Source: Malacoraja senta
Taxonomy: Eukaryota
DNA length: 64,000 bases
Assembly (NCBI GenBank): GCA_038087875.1
Contig: CM075989.1
Coordinates: 13,702,001-13,766,000, forward strand
Direction of reading: 5' to 3'
In this document: one piece after another, positions 62,320-64,000 of the stretch
Numbering within the stretch: the stretch's first letter is position 1
Layout: each line of letters starts with the position of its first letter
The notes under the pieces: generated by a model
Databases searched by the model: none
What the model saw: the letters and a program-made list of their open reading frames with translations, nothing else
What the model was told of the DNA's origin: nothing
Made by a program: the position numbers and the translations under genes

Positions 62320-63025
62320 TCGTACAGTACAGAAATAGGTCACTGTAATGTGGCCCACCTCGTCTTTGCCAATTGTGATACCATTATTTGTAAGTCCCAT
62401 TTGTTTACATTTGGCCTGTATCCCTCTTTGCATTTTCTATACAAGTAGTAATCACATCTGCCTCCATCACCTCCTCTGGCAGCTTGCTCCAGATACCACT
62501 ACTCTGTTTGGAAAAATCTGTCCAATTGTCTTTTAAATGTTAATCTACCCATTTCTAATTTCTTCTCACAGCTCTTTCCATATATGCAACACCCTTTCTG
62601 AAAACATTGCTCCTCAGGTCCTTTTTAAATCTTACCCCTCTCATCTTAAAACAATGCCATCTAGTTTTAGATTACCCTACCCTGGAAAAAGGACTGCCCA
62701 TCCACCTTACAATTGGCCATCATGATTTTATAGACCTCTATAAGACCTAGATCACTCATCAGATTCCTACACTTCAGGGAAAATGTCCCAGCCAATCCAG
62801 CCTCTAATAACTTAAGCCCTCCAGTCCTGATAACATCCTCATAAATCTAATCTGCATCCTTTCATGCTTAATGACTGGGCAACCAGACAGTGTAAGTGTG
62901 GTCTCACTAACGACTTGTACAGTTACAACATGATATCCCAACTCCAATCCCAATGCCCCCTGACCAATGATGGCAAGCATGATAAATGCCTTCACCATAT
63001 TGTCTACTTGAGTCACCACTTTCAG
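62320..63025 (-). mobile_element. CR1 3' fragment
   Basis: QVDNMVKA..MLAIIGQG...RFMRMLSGLEGLSY. Confidence 0.7.
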
Positions 63026-63147
63026 ATAAGTGACAAAAAATATTCATTTAAGGCCAGTCTTATATCCCCTGGCTCATACATAGATTACATTTTGGTCCCA
63101 GTGGAGATCTACTCTTTCCTTAGAGATATTATAGTTAGTTTGGTTCA

Positions 63148-63428
63148 CTTTAGTTTAAAGATACAGTGTGGAAACAGGCCCTTCAGCCCACTGATTCCGC
63201 GCTGATCAGCGATCCCCATACACTAACACTATCCTACACACTAGGGACAATTTTTACCAAAGCTGATTAACCTACAAACCTGTACGTCTTTGGAGCGTTG
63301 GAGGAAATCGGAGAAAACCTACATGGTCACAGGGAAAACGTACAAACTCCACACAGACAGTACCCGTAGTCAGGATCGAACCCGGGTCTCTGGCACTGTA
63401 AGGCAGCAACTCTACCGCTGCGCCACCT
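63148..63428 (-). mobile_element. V-SINE
   Basis: Reverse-complement full-length copy. Confidence 0.88.
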
Positions 63429-63517
63429 TAAACATCAAGGTAAAGACTCACATGCCCAATCATTAATTGGTAGTTCATGAACCTGCAGGCCACCATACAA
63501 TGACACACAGTACCAAC

Positions 63518-63636
63518 CTGTAGTCCACTAGGCTTAATCCAAACGGTCACATTCTGAGCGTAACTGCGCTTCGTCCGTGGCTGAAGGGGAAATGGGCTCC
63601 TGCTGTCATCTTCACCATAGGGGTTTTCTTCAGCAC
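63518..63636 (-). CDS. INTS14: INTS14 internal exon
   Basis: AEENPYGEDDSRSPFPLQPRTKRSYAQNVTVWIKPSGLQ. Confidence 0.94.
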
Positions 63637-63714
63637 CTGAAATCAATAAAAATGATGATTTAATGTTAAGAAAATATGGTGAAAATGGTTTAGGAAATCC
63701 TACTTCATACTCAC

Positions 63715-63848
63715 CTAGAATGGGTCCCAGCTGTGACATCTTACCAAGCCAGGGGAGAGGCTCAGGACCGGGCTCGAACAAGGACATCATCAGATTGGAT
63801 TTCTTTTTGCTATCAGCCTGTGAGTACAGCATCCCATACCAGTCTGGC
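63715..63848 (-). CDS. INTS14: INTS14 internal exon
   Basis: PDWYGMLYSQADSKKKSNLMMSLFEPGPEPLPWLGKMSQLGPIL|gtgagt. Confidence 0.94.
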
Positions 63849-64000
63849 CTGGGGAAACCAAAACACATAACATCATTATCAGACAAGCAAATCAGTGAAG
63901 CACAATCATCAGGTTCCAGTGAGGGGAAAGAGGGAATGAATCAGGCATGAAAGGTGGAAATCGGAGGCAAAACTAGGATTGGGGATAAAAGTGCAACGTC

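Larger units (their letters stand above)
60799..63848 (-). other. INTS14: INTS14 (VWA9) 3' part; upstream exons lie outside the window
   Basis: Four exons matching the Integrator subunit 14 C-terminus; convergent with HACD3 as in human. Confidence 0.93.

Noticed and set aside
63637-63714. 78-nt INTS14 intron that is in frame and stop-free
   Set aside because: Canonical donor and acceptor; an open short intron can arise by chance and there is no evidence of retention

Overview
Vertebrate genomic DNA, most likely from a cartilaginous fish such as a skate or ray. That assignment is inferred from the repeat content: V-domain HE1-like SINEs, CR1/HER1-like LINEs, Deu-domain SINE relics and Penelope-like elements. 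I reconstructed five intron-containing genes by hand, with GT-AG sites and consistent phases. They are RAMAC (+, ~4135-9973), C15orf40 (-, 14993-19015, 124 aa), BTBD1 (-, 23654-35620, 8 exons, 475 aa), HACD3 (+, 37851-54051, 11 exons, 369 aa) and the last four coding exons of INTS14 (-, 60799-63848, continuing past the window). Main finding: the RAMAC exon encoding the RNMT-activating domain is tandemly duplicated in frame. Copy A has the start codon but has diverged; copy B lost the ATG but kept the conserved residues. This predicts a two-domain cap-methyltransferase cofactor. Other observations: a non-autonomous Penelope-derived family carrying minimal hammerhead-ribozyme cores and forming TSD-flanked fold-backs, a DNA transposon with a 5-bp TSD, a Tc1 MITE, an intronic array of CCAAT boxes, and a head-to-head BTBD1/HACD3 junction that is not adjacent in human. 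All identifications come from reading the sequence and recalled homology; no searches were run. Repeat boundaries are approximate.
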